DNA of 64,000 nucleotides, taken from an uncultured delta proteobacterium (lineage in GTDB: Bacteria; Desulfobacterota; Binatia; Binatales; Binataceae). Location: contig CAVZGB010000015.1 in NCBI GenBank assembly GCA_963774665.1, positions 68,823 to 132,822 on the forward strand, read 5' to 3'. Numbering within the stretch: position 1 is the stretch's first letter; every line of letters starts with the position of its first letter. This document shows, piece by piece, positions 36,805 to 46,959 of this stretch. The notes under the pieces were generated by a model. That model was given only the letters and a program-made list of their open reading frames with translations, searched no databases and had not been told where the DNA came from. Position numbers and translations under genes: made by a program.

Positions 36805-37413
36805 TTACTCCCAGATCACCTTCACCGGAACTTTCACTGGCGTGACTCCCCGAGTTCCGATCGCGCTCTCCGGAAATTTATCCGCCAGCCAGATCTTTCC
36901 CGGCGTGAGCTCCGTGACTACTCCCGCCGGCCTGACCTGGTCGCGAATATAAATCGAGCACGACCATCGCGCAGGCTCACCGTTCACTGCCGACAACGTC
37001 CCCGTCATCTTCTCGCATATCGAATTGTCCGCCAGCCGGAAAATCCACGGCTCGGGTTTACGATTGGGATGCGACGACCTGGGCAGCGGCTTCTTCAGCT
37101 TCAGAACAAAGCCGTCGGTTTTCACCGCGGGATTGGCGCCGCAGACTAGTTCTTCGCGATTCCCCGGAGTCATGAAACATGGATCGCTGATGCCGTTGCC
37201 CACCATGCATCGCCATGCGCCGCTTCGGTTAACGGCAATCGACTCCGTCCAGCACACGCCTTCGCGCACATCGCCCTTCGGGACCGTTGGCGTGAACCGA
37301 ATCACGCTGGTCTCCGACACCGTCAAAGAACTGGCCGGCAGCTGAGCGTGCACGGAGGTCGCGCACAACATCAATACGAAGCTGGCGAGGAATGCGTTGG
37401 CTCTGAGCAACAT
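36805..37413 (-). CDS. secreted Cys-containing hypothetical protein (signal peptide MLLRANAFLASFVLMLCATSVHA)
   Basis: Start chosen at Met36 of the track ORF. Its ATG overlaps the upstream stop (ATGA), suggesting translational coupling to the GH-like gene. Confidence 0.5.
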   Translation of the reverse strand: MLLRANAFLASFVLMLCATSVHAQLPASSLTVSETSVIRFTPTVPKGDVREGVCWTESIAVNRSGAWRCMVGNGISDPCFMTPGNREELVCGANPAVKTDGFVLKLKKPLPRSSHPNRKPEPWIFRLADNSICEKMTGTLSAVNGEPARWSCSIYIRDQVRPAGVVTELTPGKIWLADKFPESAIGTRGVTPVKVPVKVIWE

Positions 37414-38693
37414 CACGGCAACGGCAGCGGCAAATTGGGAGAGGGTTGCATGCCGGAATGTACCGCCGCAGTGGCGGCACCTGCCAGGCTCAGATACCAG
37501 TCGCTCGGCAGCGCGCAACCGTCGGCATCAAGCGTGACGAACGAATATCCCGGCGGTATCCCCGTCACGGGAGCCCCTGCCGCATCGGGCAGCATCTTGA
37601 ACATTGCGGTGCCCTCATTGACCTCGTCGAACATCGCGCCGTAGAGCATTGTCGCCCCCGCCCCCAGCGCGTCATATACCTGCCGCCAGTAGAAGCGTCC
37701 GCATGCGCGCGGAATCTGATTGCTAATCGGAGTCCCCTGGCCCAGTGCACGATTCGTGTTGGCGAAGGAATAGCCTGGAAACAGCACCGGCAAGTAGTCT
37801 ACGCCCATCGCATGCGTGGCCGCTAAATCCGGCACCCACACGGTGCTGGCGTACGTATCCGCCGAGGCATTGCCGGTGAAACGGCCGACCGACCAGGGGC
37901 TAAGCACGCCGAGCTTGGGCCAGACTTTCTTCCATTTGGGATCGGACGAGGCATCGCCGGTTCCCGTCCGCCAATACGACGGCACGCCACCCATAATTGT
38001 CACACCGCCGAACTTCGCGCTGGCCTTGTCGAGCGATTTGAGCATGTTCAACGTTGCCGATGGAGTTAGAGATCGGCCCGCGAAGCCTAACCCCCAGACC
38101 GCGAGGAGCGGATGCCCGCGATGGTGCAGGTAGGCCGGACTGCTCGTGATCCCTTCTTGCTCGAGCTTCTTCCAGTCCTTCGCGACCGTGTTCAGCTTGG
38201 AGTCGGGCAGGCCGCTAAGGTCGTACATCACGAAAAACACCCGCCCGTTGTCCTCCGCCGCCTGACGAACATTGGCCAGCACGATGTTGCGCGCCTGAAG
38301 CGTCGCCGGGTTCAACAGGTCTACCGAGAACCGCTGCAGCGCGACGCCGTCCAGCCCGTATTGTTGCATCCAGGCGAATTGCGTCTCGACCGTTGCCGGA
38401 TTCGCGTCGCTGAAAAGATTCACCGGATTGCTGGCAGCGTCGAGCATTGTGGTGACGCACTGCTGCGCCGTTGGATAATCGGCGGCGTTCGGCAGATTGT
38501 CCACCGTCGGATCAACTCCCGTGAACCAGTGCCACCAGCCAACCGTAGTGCCATCGCCCGGGCAATTGAACCAGCCCTGGTAGCCCATGATCAGCTTGCC
38601 GGTAAGAGAGATGAGGTGTCGGCGATCGACGAGTGCCTTGGTATTGCATGCCCTGCGCATGGGCGGGGCCGGATGGGATCGCCAGGCATCCAA
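37413..38693 (-). CDS. putative secreted glycoside-hydrolase-like (TIM-barrel) protein; family uncertain
   Basis: 426-aa ORF with Trp/aromatic-rich motifs (MGYQGWFNCPG, WWHWF). A canonical signal peptide (MIFSIRKRLWLLALAAFGCLAIPSGPAHAQ) is encoded immediately upstream in another frame (38653..38742), suggesting an N-terminal frameshift. Confidence 0.5.
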   Translation of the reverse strand: MDAWRSHPAPPMRRACNTKALVDRRHLISLTGKLIMGYQGWFNCPGDGTTVGWWHWFTGVDPTVDNLPNAADYPTAQQCVTTMLDAASNPVNLFSDANPATVETQFAWMQQYGLDGVALQRFSVDLLNPATLQARNIVLANVRQAAEDNGRVFFVMYDLSGLPDSKLNTVAKDWKKLEQEGITSSPAYLHHRGHPLLAVWGLGFAGRSLTPSATLNMLKSLDKASAKFGGVTIMGGVPSYWRTGTGDASSDPKWKKVWPKLGVLSPWSVGRFTGNASADTYASTVWVPDLAATHAMGVDYLPVLFPGYSFANTNRALGQGTPISNQIPRACGRFYWRQVYDALGAGATMLYGAMFDEVNEGTAMFKMLPDAAGAPVTGIPPGYSFVTLDADGCALPSDWYLSLAGAATAAVHSGMQPSPNLPLPLP

Positions 38694-38809
38694 AGGCGGC
38701 GAGAGCCAACAGCCAGAGGCGTTTTCGGATAGAGAAGATCATAGCCTAACGATCGGTAGACGAACGTACTATGCGCTTGGAGATTACGCATCCGCAACCT
38801 CGTCAGGTT

Positions 38810-40360
38810 TCAGGATTCAAGCAGCCATCTCGCAATTCGCTCGCCGACGACCAGTGCGGGCAGGTTGGTATTGGCGCGCGGTATCACGGGCATGATCGAT
38901 GCGTCAGCGACGTAAGCATTGTCGAGCCCGTGAATCCTCCCGCGCGCGTCGACTACCGTGAATCTGTCCCTTGCGGGTCCCATCCTGCATGTTCCCACCG
39001 GATGGCAGTAGTGCAGGCAATTGGACCTGACGAATGATTCGGTCTCGGTGCGCGTCTGGTTCGAGCCGCCGGACGAAATCTCACTGCCCAGAAATCGGCA
39101 CAGCGCCGGCTTCGCGGCAATCTCGCGGGCAAGCTCGACACCGTCCGCAAGCACTCGCAAATCATCGTCGTCAGGATCGGACAGATAGCGATGGTCAATG
39201 ATCGGCGGCGATTCCACGTCCGCGCTCGCAATCCTGAGCGCGCCTCGCGAGAGTGGCGTCAAACACGCGACTTCGAGGGTCCATTGCCAACTCGTTCGAG
39301 CTGTACGGTCGGGTCCGCCAACTGGATAGATGTGCAGATCAAACGCCTGCGCGCATTGCGAGGATCGCGCCTTGGCGATCGTCTGCTCCTCGGGCATCCA
39401 ATGATCGCGCGCAAACGCCGCCATCATCTCTTCGAGCTCGCGCGTTCCCGCGTAGTTCAGTGAAATGCGCGGATGATCATGCAGGCTGCGGCCGACTCCG
39501 GGCAAATCGTGCACTGGCGTGATGCCGGCGGCGCGAAGGTCGGACGGATCGCCGATACCTGAGCGAAGAAGGATCGCAGGAGAGCCATAGGTTCCCGCCG
39601 CGACGACTACGCGGTCTGCTTCGATTCGGACTGGGCCGTCACGTCCTACTACGACGACAGCGCGCACTCGTCCTGAGCTGATCTCGAGACGGTCGCACGG
39701 TGAGTCGCCGACGATCGTCAGGTTAGATTGCTCGCGGACCGGATCGAGATACGCGAATGCGGTGTTCCAGCGGACTCCGTTCGCGATATTCGCCGGACTG
39801 GGCGCCATCCCGAGGTTCTCATCGAGATTGTTAAGGTCGGCGACGCGCGGAATTCCGGCGTCAGCAGCGGCGTCCATTGCGATGCGCTGGAAAGGAGTGG
39901 CCTCACCCGGCTCGGGAATTCGAACCCGCAGGCGCTCGGAGGCAGCGCGGAACAGTGGACGCAGTTCGTTCGTCGACCATCCCGGATTTCCGAGCGCGGC
40001 CCATCCGTCGTAATCGGCGCTGCTGCCCCAAATCGCGGCGCATCCGTTATGCGACGAGCATCCACCGATAACGCGAGCGCGCTCGAAAGCGGATGACGCG
40101 CGATGCATACTGCTTCCCACTGTCGTAACCCCAGTCGTGCGTGACCGGAATCGCGCCGGCATCGATGAGTTCCGCGGGCCAACGTCCCTCTCGAACGGAC
40201 CATAGTCTGGGCCGGCCTCGAGCAGCAGCACCGTCTGATCCGAATTCTCCGCGAGAAGACCCGCGACTGCAGCTCCCGCAGTGCCGCCACCGATCACGAT
40301 GGTATCTGCGAACTTCGGAAGCGCCTTATTTGTTCGAGACTGATTTTGTTTTGGTGTCAT
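38810..40360 (-). CDS. GMC-family FAD-dependent oxidoreductase (choline dehydrogenase-like)
   Basis: 516 aa with TIVIGGGTAGAAVAGLL, GGCSSHNG, and C-terminal HPVGTCRMG...NLPALVVGERIA. Confidence 0.85.
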   Translation of the reverse strand: MTPKQNQSRTNKALPKFADTIVIGGGTAGAAVAGLLAENSDQTVLLLEAGPDYGPFERDVGPRNSSMPARFRSRTTGVTTVGSSMHRASSAFERARVIGGCSSHNGCAAIWGSSADYDGWAALGNPGWSTNELRPLFRAASERLRVRIPEPGEATPFQRIAMDAAADAGIPRVADLNNLDENLGMAPSPANIANGVRWNTAFAYLDPVREQSNLTIVGDSPCDRLEISSGRVRAVVVVGRDGPVRIEADRVVVAAGTYGSPAILLRSGIGDPSDLRAAGITPVHDLPGVGRSLHDHPRISLNYAGTRELEEMMAAFARDHWMPEEQTIAKARSSQCAQAFDLHIYPVGGPDRTARTSWQWTLEVACLTPLSRGALRIASADVESPPIIDHRYLSDPDDDDLRVLADGVELAREIAAKPALCRFLGSEISSGGSNQTRTETESFVRSNCLHYCHPVGTCRMGPARDRFTVVDARGRIHGLDNAYVADASIMPVIPRANTNLPALVVGERIARWLLES

Positions 40361-40370
40361 GTGAGTCAGA

Positions 40371-42185
40371 TCAGAAAATCGGCAGCTTGATTCCTGCCGT
40401 GACCATCGCGCCGCTGGCGACGCCCATCAGCGCCTCGCCTGCTACCAGGCCGGCTGCGAGCAGAATCCCGGGTCCGCTCTCGGCTTCATCCTGGGATCCA
40501 AAAAGCGAATGCGCCAGCGCGCCGATAAAAATCGCCACGCTGAGTCCGAACGGAAGATAGAGACCGATCGCGGCAGGCATGATCGGGGTGCGCCACTTCG
40601 ATCCGATTCTTTCAAGGTAGCGATCGGTGAATCCGAGAATCGCCGCGAGTGCTGCGCCCGTCGCGATCGTCCCGAGCGGCAAGCCGCCATGGAAAACTCC
40701 CTGCGTCACTTTCGCCATCAGAAACGCCTGCGGAGCGGCCAAAGCACCGGCCCGCGCGGTCGGAGTGCCTGCGATTCCGTAGCCAGCGATCAGCAGGTTC
40801 AGAATTGGCGCCATCAGGAACGAAGAGGCGATCGCACCGACCAGCACTCCGATTTCGAGCGATCGCGGCGTCGCGCCAACGTGAAACCCAGTCGCGAGAT
40901 CGTGCGTCGAATCACCAGCCATCGCCGCCGCCGTACATACGATCGCGCCCGAGAGAATCGCCAGTTGAGGTCCGACGCTTTGCGACACGCCGACCAGTTT
41001 GAGAAACAGCGCCACGGCGAGCAATACGATCACCGTCACGCCCGAAACCGGATTGTTTGACGCGCCGACTATTCCGGTCAGGTAGCCTGCGATTGCCGTC
41101 GCGAAGAAACAGATCAGGGTCAGCAGGATTGCGAGCGCGGCGCTGAGCGCGATTTGTCCACTCAGCCCGAGGCAGATGGCAAAGATCACAGGAACGCAAA
41201 GCGCCACCGCGGTCAGCACGGCGCGCGCTGACAGATCAGTGTCTTCGCGCGCCGTTGCGACGGCTTGCGTCGATCGCACGACGCGGATGCTGTCGGCGAT
41301 CGCGGACGCGATTCGCGTGCGCAGCTTCCACAGCGTCACGACTCCGCCGGTCAGCATCGCGCCAACGCCGAGATAGCGCACCTGCCCGCTCCACAGTTGC
41401 TGCGCGGTCGTCGCGGCGTCGCCCGATCCGCCGGAGTGAAATACAGTGAGCACGGGAATCGCGACCAGCCATGCGAATGCGCCGCCGGCGAATACCAGTG
41501 CCGCGATCCTGATTCCTATGATGTAGCCGACGCCGAGCAGCGCCGCCGAAATGTCGAGCGACCCGGCGACCGCCGCGCTGCCGATCCATCGCGCGCCCGA
41601 AACCGCGCCGGGAATAACTCCTGCCATGTCCTGAAGCGCTTTCAGAGCCGCCGAGATCAAACCGCCTATTACGAGCGGCCGAACATTCGCCTGCGCATCG
41701 CCAGCGCGAAGCACCTGCGCGCATGCGACGCCTTCGGGAAACGGCAGCCGCTCCTCGACGATGTACGCGCGGCGCAGAAACACCACCAGCAGCGCGCCCA
41801 TCGTCGCGCCCACGACGCATAGCGCCGTCACCTCGACGTACGGCAGCGTTCGCACGCCGCCGCCTAAAATAACCAGCGCCGGAAACGTGAAGATCGCGCC
41901 GGCCGCGACCGCCTCGCCCGCCGACGCAATCGTCTGCACCACGTTGTTCTCGAGAATCGTCGAGCCGCCGAGAATCCGGAGAATCGCCATCGAGATGACG
42001 GCCGCCGGGATGCTCGCGGACACGGTCAGGCCCGCATACAAACCGAGGTAGGCATTCGCCGCACCGAGAATCAGCGCCAGCGCGATACCAAGCACGACAC
42101 TCCGCGGCGTCAGTTCGCGAAAAGCTGGTGTGGATACTAAAAACGAAGGATCGTCGCGCTGCACGCCGACACTATATGGCATCAA
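40371..42185 (-). CDS. OPT-family oligopeptide transporter
   Basis: 604 aa and polytopic, with an N-terminus typical of the bacterial OPT superfamily. 10 nt upstream of the GMC gene. Confidence 0.8.
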   Translation of the reverse strand: MMPYSVGVQRDDPSFLVSTPAFRELTPRSVVLGIALALILGAANAYLGLYAGLTVSASIPAAVISMAILRILGGSTILENNVVQTIASAGEAVAAGAIFTFPALVILGGGVRTLPYVEVTALCVVGATMGALLVVFLRRAYIVEERLPFPEGVACAQVLRAGDAQANVRPLVIGGLISAALKALQDMAGVIPGAVSGARWIGSAAVAGSLDISAALLGVGYIIGIRIAALVFAGGAFAWLVAIPVLTVFHSGGSGDAATTAQQLWSGQVRYLGVGAMLTGGVVTLWKLRTRIASAIADSIRVVRSTQAVATAREDTDLSARAVLTAVALCVPVIFAICLGLSGQIALSAALAILLTLICFFATAIAGYLTGIVGASNNPVSGVTVIVLLAVALFLKLVGVSQSVGPQLAILSGAIVCTAAAMAGDSTHDLATGFHVGATPRSLEIGVLVGAIASSFLMAPILNLLIAGYGIAGTPTARAGALAAPQAFLMAKVTQGVFHGGLPLGTIATGAALAAILGFTDRYLERIGSKWRTPIMPAAIGLYLPFGLSVAIFIGALAHSLFGSQDEAESGPGILLAAGLVAGEALMGVASGAMVTAGIKLPIF

Positions 42186-42294
42186 GCGGCGGCGAGCGCG
42201 ACGCCCTTGGTCATCCTGACCGATGCGAGCAACGCGAGCTGAGGAAGGAGCCTTCGGACAGCTTGCGCGCTCTGCAGAAGCCGGTACCGGTGCC

Positions 42295-42786
42295 TCAGCT
42301 GTTCTTCGATTCTGCGAGCTTCGGATAATCCACCGGCTTGCCGGCTTGCTTCCAACCTTCGATGCCGTCGCTCATCACGCTCACGTCGCTGTAACCGGCA
42401 GCTTCCGCCCGACGGGCGGCTTCATGCGACGCCGTTCAATGCAAGTCGGCGCAGTAGAATACGAGCTTCGCATTTTTGGCGGGTGGCAACTCTTTCTCGA
42501 CATCGTACTTGTCGTCACTCGTGAGCAGGTGCGCGCCCGGAATCACGCCGGCCGTCGAACGCAGCCCCCATCCGTTCGCATCGTAAATATTTACGTGCGA
42601 ATTCGGATCGGCCATCAACGACGCAAGCTTATCGACGCGGATGACGGAGAACTTGTCCGGCTCTTTCGGCTTGTTGTTGAGCAGTGACGCGAGGTCGAAC
42701 GCAAATGCCGACCCGGCGGCCGAAAAAAGAATCACACCGACAATCGCGGAGACGATCGAGCGGCGCGTGCGCAAATTCATACTCAT
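42295..42786 (-). CDS. periplasmic single-domain rhodanese-like sulfurtransferase interrupted by an in-frame TGA inside the active-site loop (FYCADLH-TGA-TASHEAARRAEAAGY...)
   Basis: Track ORF 42436..42786 (signal peptide plus rhodanese fold through the catalytic FYC) stops at TGA 42436-42438. The same frame continues for 46 more codons that complete the rhodanese domain (...SDVSVMSDGIEGWKQAGKPV). A GC hairpin gccgccc-gtc-gggcgg starts about 14 nt after the TGA. Confidence 0.6.
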
Positions 42787-42852
42787 ACCTACAAGCGTAC
42801 CAAACGAATGGATGCCGTCAAAGATTGAATATTTTCAAGATTAATCGGACTG

Positions 42853-43904
42853 CTACACCGCGTCGAATACTCGCGCCCAATCGTCCAGCGCGGACTCATT
42901 TCCGGGCACGAGCTGAATCACGAACTGGTTGAAGCCTCCATCGCGGAGTGCTCGGATTCGTTCGCGCAGTTCGGTCGCGGTCGCGGTGAAGGTGGTCGCT
43001 GCGATGAATTCCGGGGTGAGGAATTTCTGCTCTTCGGGCCGCACCCCAATCAAATGCATCTTGTGCATTTGAAGATAGCGCACGTCTGCGGGCTCGTAGG
43101 TCGCATGCTGCTTGCGATATGCGTCGAGCACCGGCGCAACTTCAGGCGGCAGTTGCAGGCCCAGGCTCGCCTCGACCAGTCCATGCAGGAACACCACCGA
43201 CATCGGACCCGCTTGTGCCTTCGCGCGCGCGCTCGCGGCAGATTCGCCGTCGGCCAAGACGCATCCGAGCGCAAACGCAGTGCGATAGAGACTCTCCGGC
43301 GAGCGACCTGACTCTCGACACGATTTCGCCAGCTCGTCAGCCTCGTGCAGCGCACGCGGGATGGAAGAGCTGAACGTCATCCAGCCGTCGGCGATCTCCG
43401 CCGTCAGCTTGCGCGCTTTTGGCGCGAACGCCGAAATATGGAGTGGTATGCGATCGCTTATGTTGATCATTCCCGCCTCGGGATTGAGAAATCGAATCTT
43501 GTGCTTCGCCCCTCGGTTTCCCACTCTACGGTCTCTCCCGCCAGCAGCCCGCGCACCACGCGCAAGTATTCGCGCAGCTCGGACAGGCGCATCGGGCCGA
43601 GGCCCATCGTGTTGCGAGCGGTGAAGCCCGTGCCGACTCCAAAAATAATTCTTCCTGGCGCAAGTTTGTTCAGCGATGCGAGCGCGTTGGCGGCAACCGG
43701 CGCGATCCGATTGGTTGGTACCATCACTCCCATGCCGAGCTTGATCTTCGAGGTCTTGTCGGCCGCCAGAGCCATCGTGACGAGGATATCCGGGACCAGC
43801 ATTTGCGAATCGTAGAACCACGCGTGGGTGAAACCCAGCTCCTCAGCGCGCTTCACCGTCTTCCAGGCGTCGAGGTTCGAAGCCAGAGCGATTCCAAAAT
43901 CCAT
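42853..43904 (-). CDS. LLM-class flavin (possibly F420)-dependent oxidoreductase, with an apparent frameshift near 43480-43500
   Basis: N-terminal 145-aa ORF (43467..43904) and C-terminal ORF (42853..) together form a luciferase-like monooxygenase. Confidence 0.7.
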
Positions 43905-44045
43905 CGTCCTTCACCTCAAATGGTTTTGTCGCGATCCACTTCGGCCGCTAATGATTCATGCAGTATCATCATTTCCGCGGACCTGAAATGTGCGTATCGT
44001 CCGAGATTGTCAACTCGATGCGTCAATCGAGCCAGGAGGAGAGTA

Positions 44046-44825
44046 ATGATGAAACTATACGAGCATCCGTTCTCGCCGTACGTGCAGAAGGTCAAAATCG
44101 CGCTCTACGAAAAGAACGTAGCGTTCGAAGTCGAAGTCCCCGACGCATTCAGCGGCGCGCCAACCCAATTCGGCAAGACCAACCCGCGGCTCGAAGTGCC
44201 TGCGCTGGTGGACGACGGCTTTGCGATTTTCGACTCGACCATCATCCTCGATTACATCGAAGATAAATGGCCGGCGCCCGCGCTCCTGCCGTCGACACCG
44301 CGCGAACGCGCGCGGGTGCGGATGATCGAAGACGTCTGCGACACATACTACGAGGCGATCAACTGGGGATTGATGGAAGTTCGCGCGTGGAAGCGCGTGA
44401 CGGGAGACGCCGCGAAACAGCTTGAAGCGAAAGCGTCCGAACAAACGGCCGGTGTGTTCGCATGGCTCGAGCGCGAACTCGGCACGGCGAACTATTTCAA
44501 TGGTGCATCATTCGGCTACGGCGATTTGAGCGTTTATCCGCACGTGCGCGGTTCGATCGTATGGGGCAATCCGCCAAAAGCCGGAACGCGCCTGGCCGAA
44601 TGGCTCACTCGCGTCGAAGAACGCCCGAGCGTCCGCAAGACGATCGAGGCGGCTCAACAGTTCACGGGCTCAATGGATTCGTTGCCGCAGATTCTCGAGT
44701 CGGGCGCATTCGCCCGCCAGTACCGCGACCATCGCCTCGAATGGATGATTCGCAGCGGCGGCGTCGAGGTCGTGCTGGCCGGTTTGAAAAAGAAGACGAT
44801 TCGATTTTCGAGCGAAGTATCCTAG
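44046..44825 (+). CDS. glutathione S-transferase
   Basis: MMKLYEHPFSPYVQKV..., thioredoxin-like N-domain and helical C-domain. SD aggaggagagtaATG. Confidence 0.85.
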   Translation: MMKLYEHPFSPYVQKVKIALYEKNVAFEVEVPDAFSGAPTQFGKTNPRLEVPALVDDGFAIFDSTIILDYIEDKWPAPALLPSTPRERARVRMIEDVCDTYYEAINWGLMEVRAWKRVTGDAAKQLEAKASEQTAGVFAWLERELGTANYFNGASFGYGDLSVYPHVRGSIVWGNPPKAGTRLAEWLTRVEERPSVRKTIEAAQQFTGSMDSLPQILESGAFARQYRDHRLEWMIRSGGVEVVLAGLKKKTIRFSSEVS

Positions 44826-45484
44826 CTGGCGGTCGCGCGCGGCGAAGAGACGAATCCCGAAATGTCGCGGACGATCTCGCCGCGCTCGATCGGTATGCAT
44901 TCGGCGGGAAACTCCGGCGTCATGCGATGCCCCGCGTCAACCAGCGCGCCGATGAAGCGATCGAGATGGCTCATCGCGCGCGGCAGGATGTCGTGCATCA
45001 CGACCAGGGTGTGCGATCGCGTCGACGCGTCGCGAAGCGCGCGATCGACCCACGCATCCTGATCGATCCAATCCTCGGGCACGCAATTCCACAGCACGCA
45101 GGTGTAGTGGTTCGCGACCAGGTGATCGACGGCGATGCGGCTCAGCAGATGCGGCCCAATCTTGCCGCCGCCGCCGAACGGACGAAACAGTTTGGGCGCT
45201 TCAGCGAGCGCGCCGATCAACTGCTCGGTCTTTGCGATTTCCGAATCGACCGCGTCTGGCGCCGGGTCGTCGCCGAGCGGGATGCGATGCGTGTACGAAT
45301 GGTTGCCGATTCGATGCCCCTCGGCTGCCGCACGCTGCGTCAGCTTCATCCGCTCGGGCGATGCGAGATTCTTGCCGAGCACGAAGAACGAAGCCTTGAC
45401 GCCGCGGCGCGCGAGCACGTCTAGCACTATCGGCGTCACCGCCGGGTCGGGCCCGTTATCGAACGAGAGTGCGACGTCACCCAT
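44822..45484 (-). CDS. polysaccharide deacetylase (NodB-homology domain) family protein
   Basis: ALSFDNGPDP, HRIGNHSYTH and other NodB motifs. Start at Met103 of the track ORF. Confidence 0.7.
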   Translation of the reverse strand: MGDVALSFDNGPDPAVTPIVLDVLARRGVKASFFVLGKNLASPERMKLTQRAAAEGHRIGNHSYTHRIPLGDDPAPDAVDSEIAKTEQLIGALAEAPKLFRPFGGGGKIGPHLLSRIAVDHLVANHYTCVLWNCVPEDWIDQDAWVDRALRDASTRSHTLVVMHDILPRAMSHLDRFIGALVDAGHRMTPEFPAECIPIERGEIVRDISGFVSSPRATAS

Positions 45485-45522
45485 AGAGCAGTTACTGCTT
45501 GGCCGCTGTGAACCTGAACGAG

Positions 45523-46353
45523 TCACCGTTCTTGGAGATCTTTCCCGCCGACGGCGTCGCGAAATGCGTCCCAAAAACGACGACGTTGCGTGTCCGCGTA
45601 TTTCTCGCAGAATGCGCGCCGCGTCTTCTTGGCCATCGCGCCGTCGGAATCGAAGGCGTCGTCCCATTCCGGGTATCTGCATTGAATCGGGTGATGCATC
45701 AGGTCGCCGGTGATGACTGCGTCCTGTCCCTTCGACGAAATCCGCACGCTGTGATGCCCGGGAGTATGTCCGGGCGACGGCTCGAGCCACACTTCGTCGG
45801 TAATGCGAAAGTTCGAATCAACCAGATCGGCAACGCCCGCCTCGACCACTGGCCGCACCGAATCCTCGACCGGATCGCGCATGTCCTTGCCGTCGAAGGT
45901 CGAGAAGAAATCCCACTCAGTGCCGCCAATCAGATAGCGCGCGTTGGGGAACGTCGGCACCCACTTGCCATTCTTAAGCGTCGTGTTCCATCCGACGTGA
46001 TCGACGTGCAGATGTGTGCAGACCACGCGATCGATCTTGTCTGCCCCATGTCCCGCCTTTTCCAGATCGCTCAGGAACGGCAGCTTGAGATTGCTCCACA
46101 CCGGGTTCGATCGGACCTTGTCGTTGCCGATGCAGGTGTCGACGATGATGCGCTTGCCTTGCGACTCGACGATCAGCGCGTGGATGCTCATCCGGAGCTT
46201 GCCCTTCTCGTCGGAAAAAATCGGGTAGAGCCAGTCCGCTTCCTTCTTGACGTTCTCGGCGGTGGCGTCGGGCATGATGAAAGTACCCGGCCATGGCGAC
46301 TCGCTTTCGATGATGCGGGTTATCTTGACGTCGCCAACTTTGAACTGGTTCAT
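45523..46353 (-). CDS. MBL-fold metallo-hydrolase (N-acyl-homoserine-lactonase-like)
   Basis: 276 aa with VVCTHLHVDHVGWN (HxHxDH motif). Confidence 0.8.
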   Translation of the reverse strand: MNQFKVGDVKITRIIESESPWPGTFIMPDATAENVKKEADWLYPIFSDEKGKLRMSIHALIVESQGKRIIVDTCIGNDKVRSNPVWSNLKLPFLSDLEKAGHGADKIDRVVCTHLHVDHVGWNTTLKNGKWVPTFPNARYLIGGTEWDFFSTFDGKDMRDPVEDSVRPVVEAGVADLVDSNFRITDEVWLEPSPGHTPGHHSVRISSKGQDAVITGDLMHHPIQCRYPEWDDAFDSDGAMAKKTRRAFCEKYADTQRRRFWDAFRDAVGGKDLQER

Positions 46354-46487
46354 CGCTCGATCCTCCTGTCCTTCTCGCAGCCAACTTAGCCCGAAATTTG
46401 GAGATTCGCCAAGCGTGAATGTTTGACGCGAACTGAGGTATAGCTACTCGCGTACGAACAACGAACACGCTCGAGGGAGAAATCGCG

Positions 46488-46955
46488 ATGGCAAAGATTC
46501 GTGGCGAAGGCCCGCAGCCGGATATCGACGAGATCATGCGCCTGCACAATCTATGGGTGAAGGCGAATCGCACCGGCAGCATCCCGATGATGCGCGACGC
46601 GTTCGTCGGCGGCGAAAAGTTCTTCGGATGGAACCTCAACGGCTTTTCTTACGACGGCATCGAAGAGTGGGCGACGCTGTGGGAATGGCTGGCCAGGTTC
46701 AAAGCGAAAGCTACCCTCGGTCAAGATGAAGACCTGCGCGTGCGCGTCCGCGGCGACATGGGATGGCTCTCGTGCACCGCGCCTTTCACGATCACGCTCG
46801 AAGACGGCCAGCCTCTGCCGGGCAGCGGCAAGTTCCGCAGCACCGAGGTCTACGTTCGCGAGGACGACAAGGGCAAGCCGGTCTGGAAGATGTGGCATTG
46901 TCACTTTTCCTGGTGTGCGCAAGGTCCGCGAATGGCTTTCGAGAACGAGGCTTAA
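46488..46955 (+). CDS. NTF2-like/SnoaL-like domain protein (hypothetical)
   Basis: 155-aa ORF with a Trp-rich small alpha+beta composition. Low certainty. Confidence 0.45.
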   Translation: MAKIRGEGPQPDIDEIMRLHNLWVKANRTGSIPMMRDAFVGGEKFFGWNLNGFSYDGIEEWATLWEWLARFKAKATLGQDEDLRVRVRGDMGWLSCTAPFTITLEDGQPLPGSGKFRSTEVYVREDDKGKPVWKMWHCHFSWCAQGPRMAFENEA

Positions 46956-46959
46956 GGCG

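Noticed and set aside
37413-37518. Similarity of GMQYQG (signal-peptide frame) and MGYQGWF (main frame) as evidence of a duplicated segment
   Set aside because: The two strings are about 60 nt apart and in different frames. This is coincidental, not a repeat.
38112-38732. 206-aa plus-strand ORF and other 60-200-aa ORFs between 37400 and 38800
   Set aside because: All overlap the GH-like gene on the opposite strand or in other frames, with His/Arg-rich low-complexity products.
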